39,657 nucleotides of DNA from the NCBI GenBank assembly GCA_025464795.1, contig JAODNB010000031.1, positions 1 through 39,657 of the forward strand. Reading direction: 5' to 3'. Below the pieces are notes generated by a model. That model ran no database searches, was not told the DNA's origin, and saw only the letters and a list, made by a program, of their open reading frames with translations. Source of the DNA: Frankiales bacterium (GTDB taxonomy: Bacteria > Actinomycetota > Actinomycetes > Mycobacteriales > SCTD01). The position numbers were made by a program, and so were the translations under genes. Below are positions 1 through 8,055 of this stretch, piece after piece. The first letter of the stretch is position 1, and every line of letters begins with the position of its first letter.

Positions 1-101
1 AGGACCTGCTGGACGTCGGGGCTCTGCTCCCCGCTCCTCGGCCCGAGTCCACGGCCGCGACCGACGGCACTCAGGTGACCGCTGCGGTCCCGTTCCGCTG
101 A
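1..101 (+). CDS. 3' end of an unidentified CDS entering from upstream of the window (partial)
   Basis: The frame starting at nt 3 is open with G/C-rich third positions and ends at TGA 99-101 (...TAAVPFR*). It is too short for the ORF track and has no recognisable domain. Confidence 0.25.
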   Translation, partial: DLLDVGALLPAPRPESTAATDGTQVTAAVPFR

Positions 102-220
102 CCCAGCTCAGCCCGGCCACGACCCCCCGGCAGGCGGACAGCACCCCGGCGGACTCTCGCTGGCGTCTCTGCGTTCGTACAGCCGGCTCCCAGCTCGGTC
201 CGGGAGGCAGAGGCCGGGCC

Positions 221-1003
221 CTAGCTCTGGGCAGCCATCGCCGGCGCGTACCGCGCGTAGCGCCGGACGGTGCGGAAGCCCATGCGGGCGTACACCGGCT
301 GCCCCATCGCAGTGGCTTGGAGCCCCGCGACGTCCGCGCCTCGCTCTGCCCCCGCTGACACCGCCGCCCAGGTCATCGCGGTCCCCGCTCCCCAGCGGCG
401 GGCAGAGTCGGCCACAGTGACGCCGAAGACGCCCGCTACGCCGTCGGTGACGACGGACACCGATGTCGCAACCGGGTCCGGCTGGTCCTCGAGGAAGCCA
501 CTGAGCATCGTCACTCGAGGATCCTCGAGCAGGGCGCCGGTGAAGACGTCGAGGGCTGCCGACGGGTCCGGTGCGCCGAAACCTCTGGCGAGGGCAGTCG
601 CGTGCTTGGCGAGGTCGTCTGCCGTTGCCACCCGCGAGATGCGAAGCGCCGGTGGGACAGGCGGCGGATCAGCGAGCGGCTCGAGCACCATGCCAGGTAG
701 CGACTCGACCTGGACGAGCTGGCCCTGTTCCAGAGCAGGCGCGACGTGCGGCAGAAGCTCCGTGGGCACCAGCAGCGAGTACGGCCTCCCCGTCCCCTCC
801 AGCAGGTCGCGCGCCCACCGCAACGCTCGCAGCGGATCGCGTGGCGCGGCGTGGACAGCGGCGGTGTTGAAGGCAGGACCACCGTGCCCGACTGCCGAGA
901 CCTCAACGCCGTCCCTGCTCTCGCGGAGCCCCCGGTCACTGGGCTCGACGAACGGCAGGAGGACGTCCCGAAAGTGCTGATCAAGCCGCCCCACGACATC
1001 CAT
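221..1003 (-). CDS. GNAT-family N-acetyltransferase
   Basis: 260-aa ORF with ATG at 1003. The C-terminal half carries a GNAT motif-A-like acetyl-CoA site (SARRWGAGTAM...GADVAGLQAT..GQPVYARMGF). Confidence 0.8.
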   Translation of the reverse strand: MDVVGRLDQHFRDVLLPFVEPSDRGLRESRDGVEVSAVGHGGPAFNTAAVHAAPRDPLRALRWARDLLEGTGRPYSLLVPTELLPHVAPALEQGQLVQVESLPGMVLEPLADPPPVPPALRISRVATADDLAKHATALARGFGAPDPSAALDVFTGALLEDPRVTMLSGFLEDQPDPVATSVSVVTDGVAGVFGVTVADSARRWGAGTAMTWAAVSAGAERGADVAGLQATAMGQPVYARMGFRTVRRYARYAPAMAAQS

Positions 1004-1034
1004 GCCGTCAGTGCAGCACAGACGGACTTGGCTT

Positions 1035-1556
1035 TCAGAGCAGCCGGCGACCCTCGACGTGCTGAAGGGCGATGCGCAGGGTGTGCCGTCGAGGGCCCTT
1101 CACCCACGGCGTCGGAAGGTCCAGCGCATCCGCTTGCACGAAGGACAGCCGCTCCGCGCGACCGGTGACGACAACGCTCCAGCCGGAGTGGGTGACCTCG
1201 TCGATGTCATCGACCTCGAAGGCCACCCGCTCCCGTCGCTCCGCTGCCTGCAGCTTCGGGCCAGGGCCTGAGCGGATGAGAACCGCCCCGTCGCGCAGCA
1301 CGTAGTTGACCGGGACGATGTCGGGACTACCCGCGCGCGCCACGTAGGCAAGCCGACCTGTCGTCCGCGTCGCGAGGAGCTCCAGGCACGCACCGGTCGT
1401 CAGCCGCTCGAGGTTCCCGACCTCATGCGGCTGCCCTTGGAGCTGCCGCCGATCGGACACGGCGTCGGCAATGCTGGTGAGGGACGCCCGCGCGTTGTCG
1501 AGCGCGCTGCCCGCAAGTCGGCGTCCCAGGGCCAGGCCAGGCGGCGTCGGTGGCAT
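1035..1556 (-). CDS. Pyridoxamine 5'-phosphate oxidase (PPOX, split-barrel) family protein
   Basis: Only the last 173 codons of the 372-aa track ORF look protein-like (ATG 1556). RLAYVARAGSPDIVPVNYVLRDGAVLIRSGPG...VAFEVDDID...WSVVVTGRAE is typical of the Pyridox_ox_2 family. The upstream part of the track ORF is antisense to the Acg-like gene. Confidence 0.75.
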   Translation of the reverse strand: MPPTPPGLALGRRLAGSALDNARASLTSIADAVSDRRQLQGQPHEVGNLERLTTGACLELLATRTTGRLAYVARAGSPDIVPVNYVLRDGAVLIRSGPGPKLQAAERRERVAFEVDDIDEVTHSGWSVVVTGRAERLSFVQADALDLPTPWVKGPRRHTLRIALQHVEGRRLL

Positions 1557-1598
1557 GCGGTCAGGGTGGCTGAGCTCGTAGACGTCGTGACAGAGGAC

Positions 1599-1643
1599 AA
1601 GGTCCCGCAAACAGCTGGGACCTTGGTCCTGTCCTGCAGGGAC
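1599..1643. promoter_or_regulatory. Cluster of GGGAC/GTCCC half-sites (candidate DosR/DevR-type operator) in a divergent promoter
   Basis: AAGGTCCC(1599-1606)-N10-GGGACCTT(1617-1624) is a perfect inverted repeat. GGGACCTTGGTCCT (1617-1630) resembles the core of the DosR box GGGACTWWAGTCCC. GTCCTGCAGGGAC follows at 1631-1643. The site lies between the divergent PPOX gene and the Acg/USP operon. Confidence 0.4.
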
Positions 1644-1716
1644 AGCGGACCCTTTGCTCCCCCCCAGGGCTGAGCGACGCTGAACGTGTGATCGACCGTG
1701 AGCGCGAGGAGAAGCT

Positions 1717-2670
1717 GTGCTGACCACCGAAGAGATCGAGCACCTGGTCATGATGGCCACGTGCGCGCCCAGCGTGCACAACACGCAGCCGTGGACGTTC
1801 ACGCCCACGGCCGACGGCTTGCTCGTCCAACGCGATCGCACCCGGCAGCTGGGCGTCATCGACCCGGACGGGCGGGAGATGATGCTGAGCTGCGGCGCAG
1901 CGCTGCACCACCTGGAGGTCGCGGCCCGCGCCATCGGCGTGGACGCGGTCGTCACCGTCGACGTCGACGACGACAGGGTCGCCACCGTCCGCCTGACGCG
2001 CGGCGCTCCTGCGACGGAGGCTGAGATCGCGAGAGCGGTCGCGATCCTGCACCGCCACACGCACCGCGGCCGCTTCGACGAGGAGCCTGTGTCCGACACG
2101 GACCTCGACCGCATCCGGCTCGCTGTCGAGGTGGAGCACGGCCGCTTGCGCATCGTGCAGGACGACGAGCTCGTCGCCGTCGAGGTCGCGGTCAGTCGTG
2201 CAGAGCGATCCCTCGCCGACCTCGCCGGCTACAGCGAGGAGCTGGCTGAGTGGGTGTGGCACGGCATCCCTGACGAGAACAGAGGCGACGGCCTCCCCAC
2301 CGGCGCCATCGACCACGGTTCGGCCCGCGGCGAGAGCCTCGAGGGACGTGCCTTCGACGGCGCGACCCCACGGCCGTCCGAGCCACCGGTGGCTGAGCAC
2401 CCGGCGGTCGTCCTGCTGCTGTCGGCCGCTGACACGCCCCGCGACTGGGTCCAGGCCGGGCGCGCACTCAGTGCCCTCCTCCTGACGGCGACGGAAGCGG
2501 GTCTGCTCGCCCAGCCGTTCGGCCAGGTGATCGACCTGCCCGGCTCCCGACAGGCCCTCGGACAGGTCCTGGGCACGGTCGGTGCTCCGCAGATGCTCCT
2601 GCGCCTCGGGCACGGCACCAGCCACCCCGTCACCCCTCGGCGCCCCGTCGCCGACGTTCTCATCTCCTGA
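1717..2670 (+). CDS. Acg-family (nitroreductase-like) FMN-binding oxidoreductase
   Basis: GTG 1717 is preceded by GAGGAG (1706-1711). The N-terminus ...MMATCAPSVHNTQPWTF... and the two-lobed ~320-aa architecture match my recollection of the Acg/Rv2032-Rv3131 family. Confidence 0.8.
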   Translation: MLTTEEIEHLVMMATCAPSVHNTQPWTFTPTADGLLVQRDRTRQLGVIDPDGREMMLSCGAALHHLEVAARAIGVDAVVTVDVDDDRVATVRLTRGAPATEAEIARAVAILHRHTHRGRFDEEPVSDTDLDRIRLAVEVEHGRLRIVQDDELVAVEVAVSRAERSLADLAGYSEELAEWVWHGIPDENRGDGLPTGAIDHGSARGESLEGRAFDGATPRPSEPPVAEHPAVVLLLSAADTPRDWVQAGRALSALLLTATEAGLLAQPFGQVIDLPGSRQALGQVLGTVGAPQMLLRLGHGTSHPVTPRRPVADVLIS

Positions 2671-2681
2671 AGGAGCGCACC

Positions 2682-3548
2682 ATGACCGACATCATCGCCG
2701 GCGTCCAGGACGCCGAAGCATCCGTCCGCGTTCTCGAACGCGCTCTCTCCGAAGCTCAGAGCCTGCGACACCCGTTGCGGGTCCTCACGGCGTGGTCGAC
2801 ACCTGTGCTGCTCGGTGACATGTCGGGGATGGGGTACGCAGGCGCCTACATCGACACGACAGCCAGCGGCGAGGCCGCCAAGGAACTGGCCGACGAGCTG
2901 CTCGACAAGGCCCTGCACGAGGGCCGGTGGGACGCCTCCCTCGTCACCTCGACCGAAGCCCGTCCCGGTGACCCGGGCCAGGTGATCACCGACGCTGCTG
3001 GGCAGGCGGAGCTCGTGGTGGTCGGTGGACGCTCCCATGGCCCCGTCGCCAGCGCCCTCCTCGGCTCGACCACGGGCTACGTCCTGCACCACGCGCCCTG
3101 CCCGGTGATGGTCGTCCCTGCCACCACGGCGCCCGGGCCGTTCCTGCGGATCATCGTCGGCATCGACGGGACGGAGTGCTCGCGCTCCGCGCTGCGATGG
3201 GCGCACGCCGCTGCCGCTCGGCACCACTGCCCCCTCGTGGTCCTCTACGCGAACGACAACCTCCCGCTGCCGGGCGTCCCGCTGGTGAGCTCCTCGCAGG
3301 TCGAGGCAACGGCCCTCGCGTGGCTGTCCGTCGAGGTCGCCGAGGTGCTCCCTGACAAGCAGGACGTGCCGGTGCTCCCCGAGGTCGCGACCGGGCCCGC
3401 CGCGCGCGTGCTGCTGGCGAAGGCCGGGCCGGACGACCTGCTCGTCGTCGGCTCCCGCGGACGTGGCGGGTTCCTCGACCTCGTGCTCGGATCCGTCGCC
3501 ATGCAGTGCACCTCGCACGCGCGAGGGGCCGTCGTCGTCGTCCGCTGA
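2682..3548 (+). CDS. Universal stress protein, tandem USP domains
   Basis: ATG 2682 is preceded by AGGAG. There are two USP domains, each ending in the G-x2-G-x9-G(S/T) ATP motif (VVGGRSHGPVASALLGSTT... and VVGSRGRGGFLDLVLGSVA...). Confidence 0.9.
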   Translation: MTDIIAGVQDAEASVRVLERALSEAQSLRHPLRVLTAWSTPVLLGDMSGMGYAGAYIDTTASGEAAKELADELLDKALHEGRWDASLVTSTEARPGDPGQVITDAAGQAELVVVGGRSHGPVASALLGSTTGYVLHHAPCPVMVVPATTAPGPFLRIIVGIDGTECSRSALRWAHAAAARHHCPLVVLYANDNLPLPGVPLVSSSQVEATALAWLSVEVAEVLPDKQDVPVLPEVATGPAARVLLAKAGPDDLLVVGSRGRGGFLDLVLGSVAMQCTSHARGAVVVVR

Positions 3549-3568
3549 CCGGGATTGCCCCGAGGGGC

Positions 3569-3600
3569 AGAGTTGGGTAGAACGTGTTCTACCCAACTCT
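3569..3600. promoter_or_regulatory. Perfect 15+2+15 bp palindrome; candidate TetR (KstR-type) operator
   Basis: The sequence is AGAGTTGGGTAGAAC GT GTTCTACCCAACTCT. The core TAGAACGTGTTCTA fits the KstR pattern TnnAACnnGTTnnA. It ends 1 nt before the SD AGGAGA (3602-3607) of the NMO gene (ATG 3613). Confidence 0.6.
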
Positions 3601-3612
3601 CAGGAGAACCTC

Positions 3613-4746
3613 ATGCGTACGCCGCTGTGCGACGAGCTCGGCATCGAGCTCCCCATCTTTGCCTTCACCCACTGCCGGGACGTCGTCGTGGAGGTCAGCA
3701 AGGCCGGTGGGTTCGGCGTCCTGGGCGCCGTCGGCTTCTCCCCCGAGCAGCTCGAGATCGAGCTGAGGTGGATCGACGAGCACATCGGCGACCACACCTA
3801 CGGCGTCGACATCGTCATCCCCAACAGGTACGAGGGGATGGACGCGAACCTGTCAGCTGACGAGCTCAAGAAGATGCTCCAGGACATGGTCCCGCAGGGA
3901 CACCTCGACTTCGCCCGCAAGCTGCTCACCGACCACGGCGTACCGCTACCTGCGACCGGTGAGGACAACTCCCTGCAGCTGCTCGGCTGGACGGAGGCTA
4001 CCGCGACGCCGCAGGTCGAGATCGCGCTGCAGCACCCGAAGATGACCCTCATCGCGAACGCCCTCGGCACTCCCCCGGCGGACATGATCGAGACGATCCA
4101 CGCGGCCGGTCGCAAGGTCGCTGCTCTGTGCGGCTCCGCCTACCAGGCGAAGAAGCACGCAGCTGCCGGGGTGGACATCATCATCGCCCAGGGGGGCGAA
4201 GCGGGCGGCCACTGCGGCGACGTCGGCTCCATCGTGCTCTGGCCGGAGGTCGTGAAGGAGGTCGCCCCCGTACCCGTGCTCGGTGCCGGTGGCATCGCCA
4301 GCGGTCAGCAGATCGCGGCCGCTCTCGCGCTCGGGTGCCAGGGTGCCTGGACCGGGTCGCAGTGGCTCATGGTCGAGGAGTCCGAGAACACGACCAAGCA
4401 GCAGGAGGCCTACATCAAGGCCTCCAGCCGCGACACCGTCCGGAGCCGGTCCTTCACCGGCAAGCCCGCACGGATGCTGAAGAACGACTGGACCGAGGCG
4501 TGGGAGAACCCCGAGAACCCGCAGCCGCTCGGGATGCCCCTGCAGTACATGGTGTCGGGGATCGCGGTCTCCGCGACCCACCGCCACCCGAACGAGACGG
4601 TCGACGTCGCGTTCAACCCAGTGGGCCAGGTCGTCGGGCAGCTCAAGAAGGTCGAGAAGACGTCGGCCGTCATCGCCCGCTGGGTCGAGGAGTACCTCGA
4701 GGCCACGGGAGCCCTCGCCGAGGCCAACGCCGCCGCAGGCGTGTAG
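3613..4746 (+). CDS. Nitronate monooxygenase / 2-nitropropane dioxygenase-like FMN oxidoreductase (NMO family)
   Basis: Real start is ATG 3613, after the SD. The N-terminus MRTPLCDELGIELPIFAFTHCRDVV... and the segments ...IIAQGGEAGGHCG... and ...VLGAGGIASGQQIAAALALG... are typical of the NMO TIM-barrel. Confidence 0.9.
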   Translation: MRTPLCDELGIELPIFAFTHCRDVVVEVSKAGGFGVLGAVGFSPEQLEIELRWIDEHIGDHTYGVDIVIPNRYEGMDANLSADELKKMLQDMVPQGHLDFARKLLTDHGVPLPATGEDNSLQLLGWTEATATPQVEIALQHPKMTLIANALGTPPADMIETIHAAGRKVAALCGSAYQAKKHAAAGVDIIIAQGGEAGGHCGDVGSIVLWPEVVKEVAPVPVLGAGGIASGQQIAAALALGCQGAWTGSQWLMVEESENTTKQQEAYIKASSRDTVRSRSFTGKPARMLKNDWTEAWENPENPQPLGMPLQYMVSGIAVSATHRHPNETVDVAFNPVGQVVGQLKKVEKTSAVIARWVEEYLEATGALAEANAAAGV

Positions 4747-5564
4747 TGGCGCTCCCCGGCCCCGCCGCTGACCGCACCGCTGTCGTCACCGGCGCCTCGT
4801 CCGGCATCGGCGCCGAGATCGCGCGCGAGCTCGTCCGACGGGGGCACGGAGTCACCCTCGTCGCACGGAGCGCCGACAAGCTGCAGGCCCTGGCGGCCGA
4901 GCTGACCAAGGCAGGCGTACGGGCGGAGGTGCTCGCCACGGACCTGGCCGACCGGACCGCGCGTGCCGGACTCCTCGACCGCGTCCACGGCCTCGGTCTC
5001 ACACCGGAGATCCTCATCAACAACGCGGGCTTCTCGACCCTGGGCCCGGTCGCTGCCTCCGACCCCCTCACCGAGATGAACATGATCGAGGTAGACGTCG
5101 TGGCGGTCGCCGACCTGTGCAGCCGGTTCCTGCCGGGGATGGTCCAGCGAGGTCGCGGGGCCGTCCTCAACGTGGCGTCAACAGCCGCCTTCCAGCCCCT
5201 CCCGGGCCAGGCTGGCTACGGCGCGGGCAAGGCGTTCGTGCTGGCCTACACCGAGAGCCTCGTCGGTGAGCTCCGCGGCACCGGCGTGACCGCCAGCGTG
5301 CTCTGCCCGGGTCCGGTCGACACCGGGTTCGGCGAGCGTGCCGGCTTCAAGAAGGAGGACGCCGAAGCGGCGCTGCCGGCCTTCATGTGGGAGTCGGCCG
5401 AGGCCGTGGCGAAGGTCGGCATCGCCGCGCTCGACAAGGGCCGGACGGTCGCGATCCCCGGAGCCGCCAACCGGATCGCGGCGCGGTTCGCGCACCACGC
5501 CCCCAACAGGTTGCTCGTCCCCGTCCTCGCCAAGCAGCACCCCGGCTTGAAGGGCTACTCGTAG
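4746..5564 (+). CDS. Short-chain dehydrogenase/reductase (classical SDR)
   Basis: GTG 4746 overlaps the NMO stop by 1 nt (TAGTG). Contains TGASSGIG, NNAG and Y-x3-K (YGAGK). Confidence 0.85.
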   Translation: MALPGPAADRTAVVTGASSGIGAEIARELVRRGHGVTLVARSADKLQALAAELTKAGVRAEVLATDLADRTARAGLLDRVHGLGLTPEILINNAGFSTLGPVAASDPLTEMNMIEVDVVAVADLCSRFLPGMVQRGRGAVLNVASTAAFQPLPGQAGYGAGKAFVLAYTESLVGELRGTGVTASVLCPGPVDTGFGERAGFKKEDAEAALPAFMWESAEAVAKVGIAALDKGRTVAIPGAANRIAARFAHHAPNRLLVPVLAKQHPGLKGYS

Positions 5565-6178
5565 GTCGGCCCCTGAGGCCATCCCTCCGGGGAGTCCTCC
5601 CAGGCCTCCTTGCGTCCGTACGCGGTGATGTCAGCGATGTTGTAGTCGAAGAGCATGTGGTCGACCCCCCGGCCCATCGTCGTGTAGGTCCGGTAGACCA
5701 GGTCGCCGTCACGGAGGAACGCGCTCAGACCGAAGCCGCCGCCCACGCCGCAGTCCTCCGAGAACGTCGTGCCGCGGGAGGAGTACACCGGCGTCGACCA
5801 GCCCATCTCGGCCTTGCGCCGCTCGATCTGGGCAAGGGGCATGTTGGTCACCGTCGCGAAGGTGATCCCCCGTGTGCGCACCGCGTCGAGGTTGACGACG
5901 TTGTTGCTGAAGTTGGTGCAGCCCGGGCAGAAGCCGTCCGGGCCGACGTCCATGAACTGGTAGACCACGAGCTCGTCCCGACCTTCGAACAGGTCGACCA
6001 GCGAGACGACGCCCTGCGGTCCCTCGAAGGCGTACTGCTGGTTCATCGCCACCATCGGCAACCGGCGGCGCCGGGCGGCCACCGCGTCGTTCAGCCGGGT
6101 GACCTCCTTCTCCGCGACGAGCAGCTCCTCGCGAGCTCGCTGCCACTCCTGCTCGGACACGATCGGCGGCATGGCCAT
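5555..6178 (-). CDS. DUF899 thioredoxin-like protein
   Basis: ATG 6178 follows GGAGGA. The sequence ...EQEWQRAREELLVAEKEVTRLNDAVAARRRRLPMV...LVVYQFM...CPGCT... matches my recollection of the DUF899 family. Confidence 0.8.
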   Translation of the reverse strand: MAMPPIVSEQEWQRAREELLVAEKEVTRLNDAVAARRRRLPMVAMNQQYAFEGPQGVVSLVDLFEGRDELVVYQFMDVGPDGFCPGCTNFSNNVVNLDAVRTRGITFATVTNMPLAQIERRKAEMGWSTPVYSSRGTTFSEDCGVGGGFGLSAFLRDGDLVYRTYTTMGRGVDHMLFDYNIADITAYGRKEAWEDSPEGWPQGPTYE

Positions 6179-6201
6179 GTTCGTCCTCCTCTGCGGTCAT
6201 T

Positions 6202-7806
6202 GTGCCAGCGTCGATTACGGTTCACGGGGTGACCCAGCGACGCCGTCTCCGTGCCCTCCTCACCAGCTCGCTGTTGATCTTGACCGTCGCCGGCACGGTG
6301 AGCTCCATGCCGGCCCGGGCGGACACGACCGCCCGCTGGGGAGTCGACTCGGTCAACCCGATCACTCAGACCTTCGTCAACCAGATCACCTCCGCGTTCG
6401 GGCAGCCCGACTTCTTCGGGCGCTACCTCGGGGGGACGTACGCCCTCACCAGCGCCGAGGTCACCGTCGCGACCAGCAACAGCATCGACCTGCTGCTGGT
6501 GGACAACCGACCGATCCACAACAAGGCCACGACCGGGTACTTCACGGGTCAGCAGGCGGCGGACGCCGCCGCGGACAGCGCACACGCGCTGAACGTGCCC
6601 CAGGGCGTCGGGCTGTTCGTCGACTTCGAGGCCAGCACCGACATGGACTGGCTGTTCATCGAGGGCTGGTACGACGAGGTCACGCAACGGGGCTACGTCC
6701 CCGGCTTCTACGCCAACACGATCCCGGCCAACAGCAAGTTCAACGCGGCGTACTGCACCGCGGTCAACGACCTGTCGAAGTACGGAAACAGCTACATCTG
6801 GTCCTCGGTGCGCTCCCCTGGCCGCACCAGCAAGGCGAACGCACCTGCGTACAACCCGGTGACGCCGTCGTGCGCCGCGCAGACGGTGGTGTGGCAGTAC
6901 GGCCTGGCAGGTGGCTCCCCGCCGAACGTCGACACCGACGAGGCCACCACGGCAGCTCCGCTCTGGCACCTGGTCTCGCACGCCGTCCAGACCAGCGTCG
7001 ACATCTCCGCGAGCCCGACCTCCGCCAACCCCGGTGACACCGTCACCCTCACCTCGACGGTTGCTCCCTCGACGGCGCCCGGGAAGGTGCAGTTCTACGA
7101 CGGCGGCACCCCGCTCGGCAGCGCGGTGACCGTGGCCAACGGGACGGCCTCGACCTCGACCACCCTCGCCGCCGGCATCCACACGCTGAGGTCGGTCTTC
7201 ACCCCGACCGACCTCAGCGCCTTCACCACGAGCGAGTCCGACCCTCCGCTGAAGTACCAGGTCGGCCCGATCTCCGATCCCACGTTCACCCTCGGGACGA
7301 ACGTGATCGCAGCCGGGCAGACGACCAAGGTCATCGTCAACGGCACTCCCGGTGACAGCGTCGACGTCCTGGTGAAGGGGGCCGCGAGCAGCCAGTACTC
7401 GACCCTCGCCACGCTGTACCCGAACTCCTCGGGCGTGGCGTCGCTGATCATCTCCCCGAGCACCACGAGCAGCTACGCCGTGCGCAACGCGAGCTCGACG
7501 ACGGCGCCACGGTCGCTCCTGGTGAAGGCCGTGCAGTCCCTGGCCGTGAAGATCAGCGGGCGCACCGCCTACTTCACCGGCCACATCGCCCCGTCCCTGG
7601 TCGGTCGGGTCGTGACGGTCTACTACTACGTCCAGGGCGGCCACGTGATGTCTGCCGGGTCGACCAAGACGACCACAGGCGGTCAGTTCCGGGTGACGCA
7701 CGTCTTCCCGGCGCACCTGGCCATCAACACGTTCGCGCAGACCGACGCTGACAGCTACAACGCTGCGGGTCGCTCGAGCCTGCACACCGACACCACCGGA
7801 AGCTGA
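6202..7806 (+). CDS. Secreted protein: Rv2525c/DUF1906-like glycoside-hydrolase-like domain + Ig-like repeat region
   Basis: N-terminal signal with RRRLRALL...SSMPARA|DTT (twin-arginine-like). RWGVDSV...FGRYLGG is DUF1906-like. ...SASPTSANPGDTVTLTSTV...GKVQFYDGGTPLGSA... is a bacterial Ig-like repeat. The start is either GTG 6202 or GTG 6229. Confidence 0.75.
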   Translation: MPASITVHGVTQRRRLRALLTSSLLILTVAGTVSSMPARADTTARWGVDSVNPITQTFVNQITSAFGQPDFFGRYLGGTYALTSAEVTVATSNSIDLLLVDNRPIHNKATTGYFTGQQAADAAADSAHALNVPQGVGLFVDFEASTDMDWLFIEGWYDEVTQRGYVPGFYANTIPANSKFNAAYCTAVNDLSKYGNSYIWSSVRSPGRTSKANAPAYNPVTPSCAAQTVVWQYGLAGGSPPNVDTDEATTAAPLWHLVSHAVQTSVDISASPTSANPGDTVTLTSTVAPSTAPGKVQFYDGGTPLGSAVTVANGTASTSTTLAAGIHTLRSVFTPTDLSAFTTSESDPPLKYQVGPISDPTFTLGTNVIAAGQTTKVIVNGTPGDSVDVLVKGAASSQYSTLATLYPNSSGVASLIISPSTTSSYAVRNASSTTAPRSLLVKAVQSLAVKISGRTAYFTGHIAPSLVGRVVTVYYYVQGGHVMSAGSTKTTTGGQFRVTHVFPAHLAINTFAQTDADSYNAAGRSSLHTDTTGS

Positions 7807-7807
7807 G

Positions 7808-8035
7808 CTACTTCCTGCGATTCTTGAGCTTCCGCAGGACGAGCAGCGTCCCGGTACCCGCAAGGATCTTCTGGCCGTGCGGCCGGGCCTTCGCCACCAC
7901 GGGCTGAGCCTTCATGAAGCCGTTCAGCATCGCCGTCTGAGCCTTCGGAGGGGAGGCCAGGTAGACCTTGAGGCCCACCGCACTGGCCTTGGCCTTGAGT
8001 CCGGTCGGGGCGGGTGCGGCGCTCGGTGCGGTCAT
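7808..8035 (-). CDS. Small hypothetical protein (75 aa)
   Basis: ATG ORF with high GC3, 20 nt downstream of the SDR gene on the same strand. No recognisable domain. Confidence 0.4.
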   Translation of the reverse strand: MTAPSAAPAPTGLKAKASAVGLKVYLASPPKAQTAMLNGFMKAQPVVAKARPHGQKILAGTGTLLVLRKLKNRRK

Positions 8036-8055
8036 GGGCGGACCCTAGCGCCCTG

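Noticed and set aside
2728-2741. Inverted repeat GCGTTC-TC-GAACGC inside the USP gene.
   Set aside because: It is short and intragenic. The half-site order (GTTC..GAAC) is opposite to the KstR core. It is consistent with chance.
3463-3612. N-terminal extensions of track ORFs (3463-3612 of the NMO ORF; 25930-26037 of the GH63-like ORF; 28316-28420 of the flavoprotein ORF; 1557-2153 of the PPOX ORF).
   Set aside because: The extensions cross operator/SD sequences or overlap neighbouring genes, are R/G/S-rich, and precede well-placed internal starts that give canonical N-termini (Rossmann GxGxxG, conserved family N-termini).
6091-7863. Long antisense or alternative-frame ORFs, for example 6091-7863(-), 8014-9603(+), 17609-19210(+), 21634-23295(-), 26846-28351(+), 33044-34690(-) and 36451-38286(+).
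   Set aside because: Their translations are R/G/P/A/H-rich low-complexity strings with no motifs. Each lies opposite or out of frame to a gene with clear family signatures. Such shadow ORFs are expected at this GC content.
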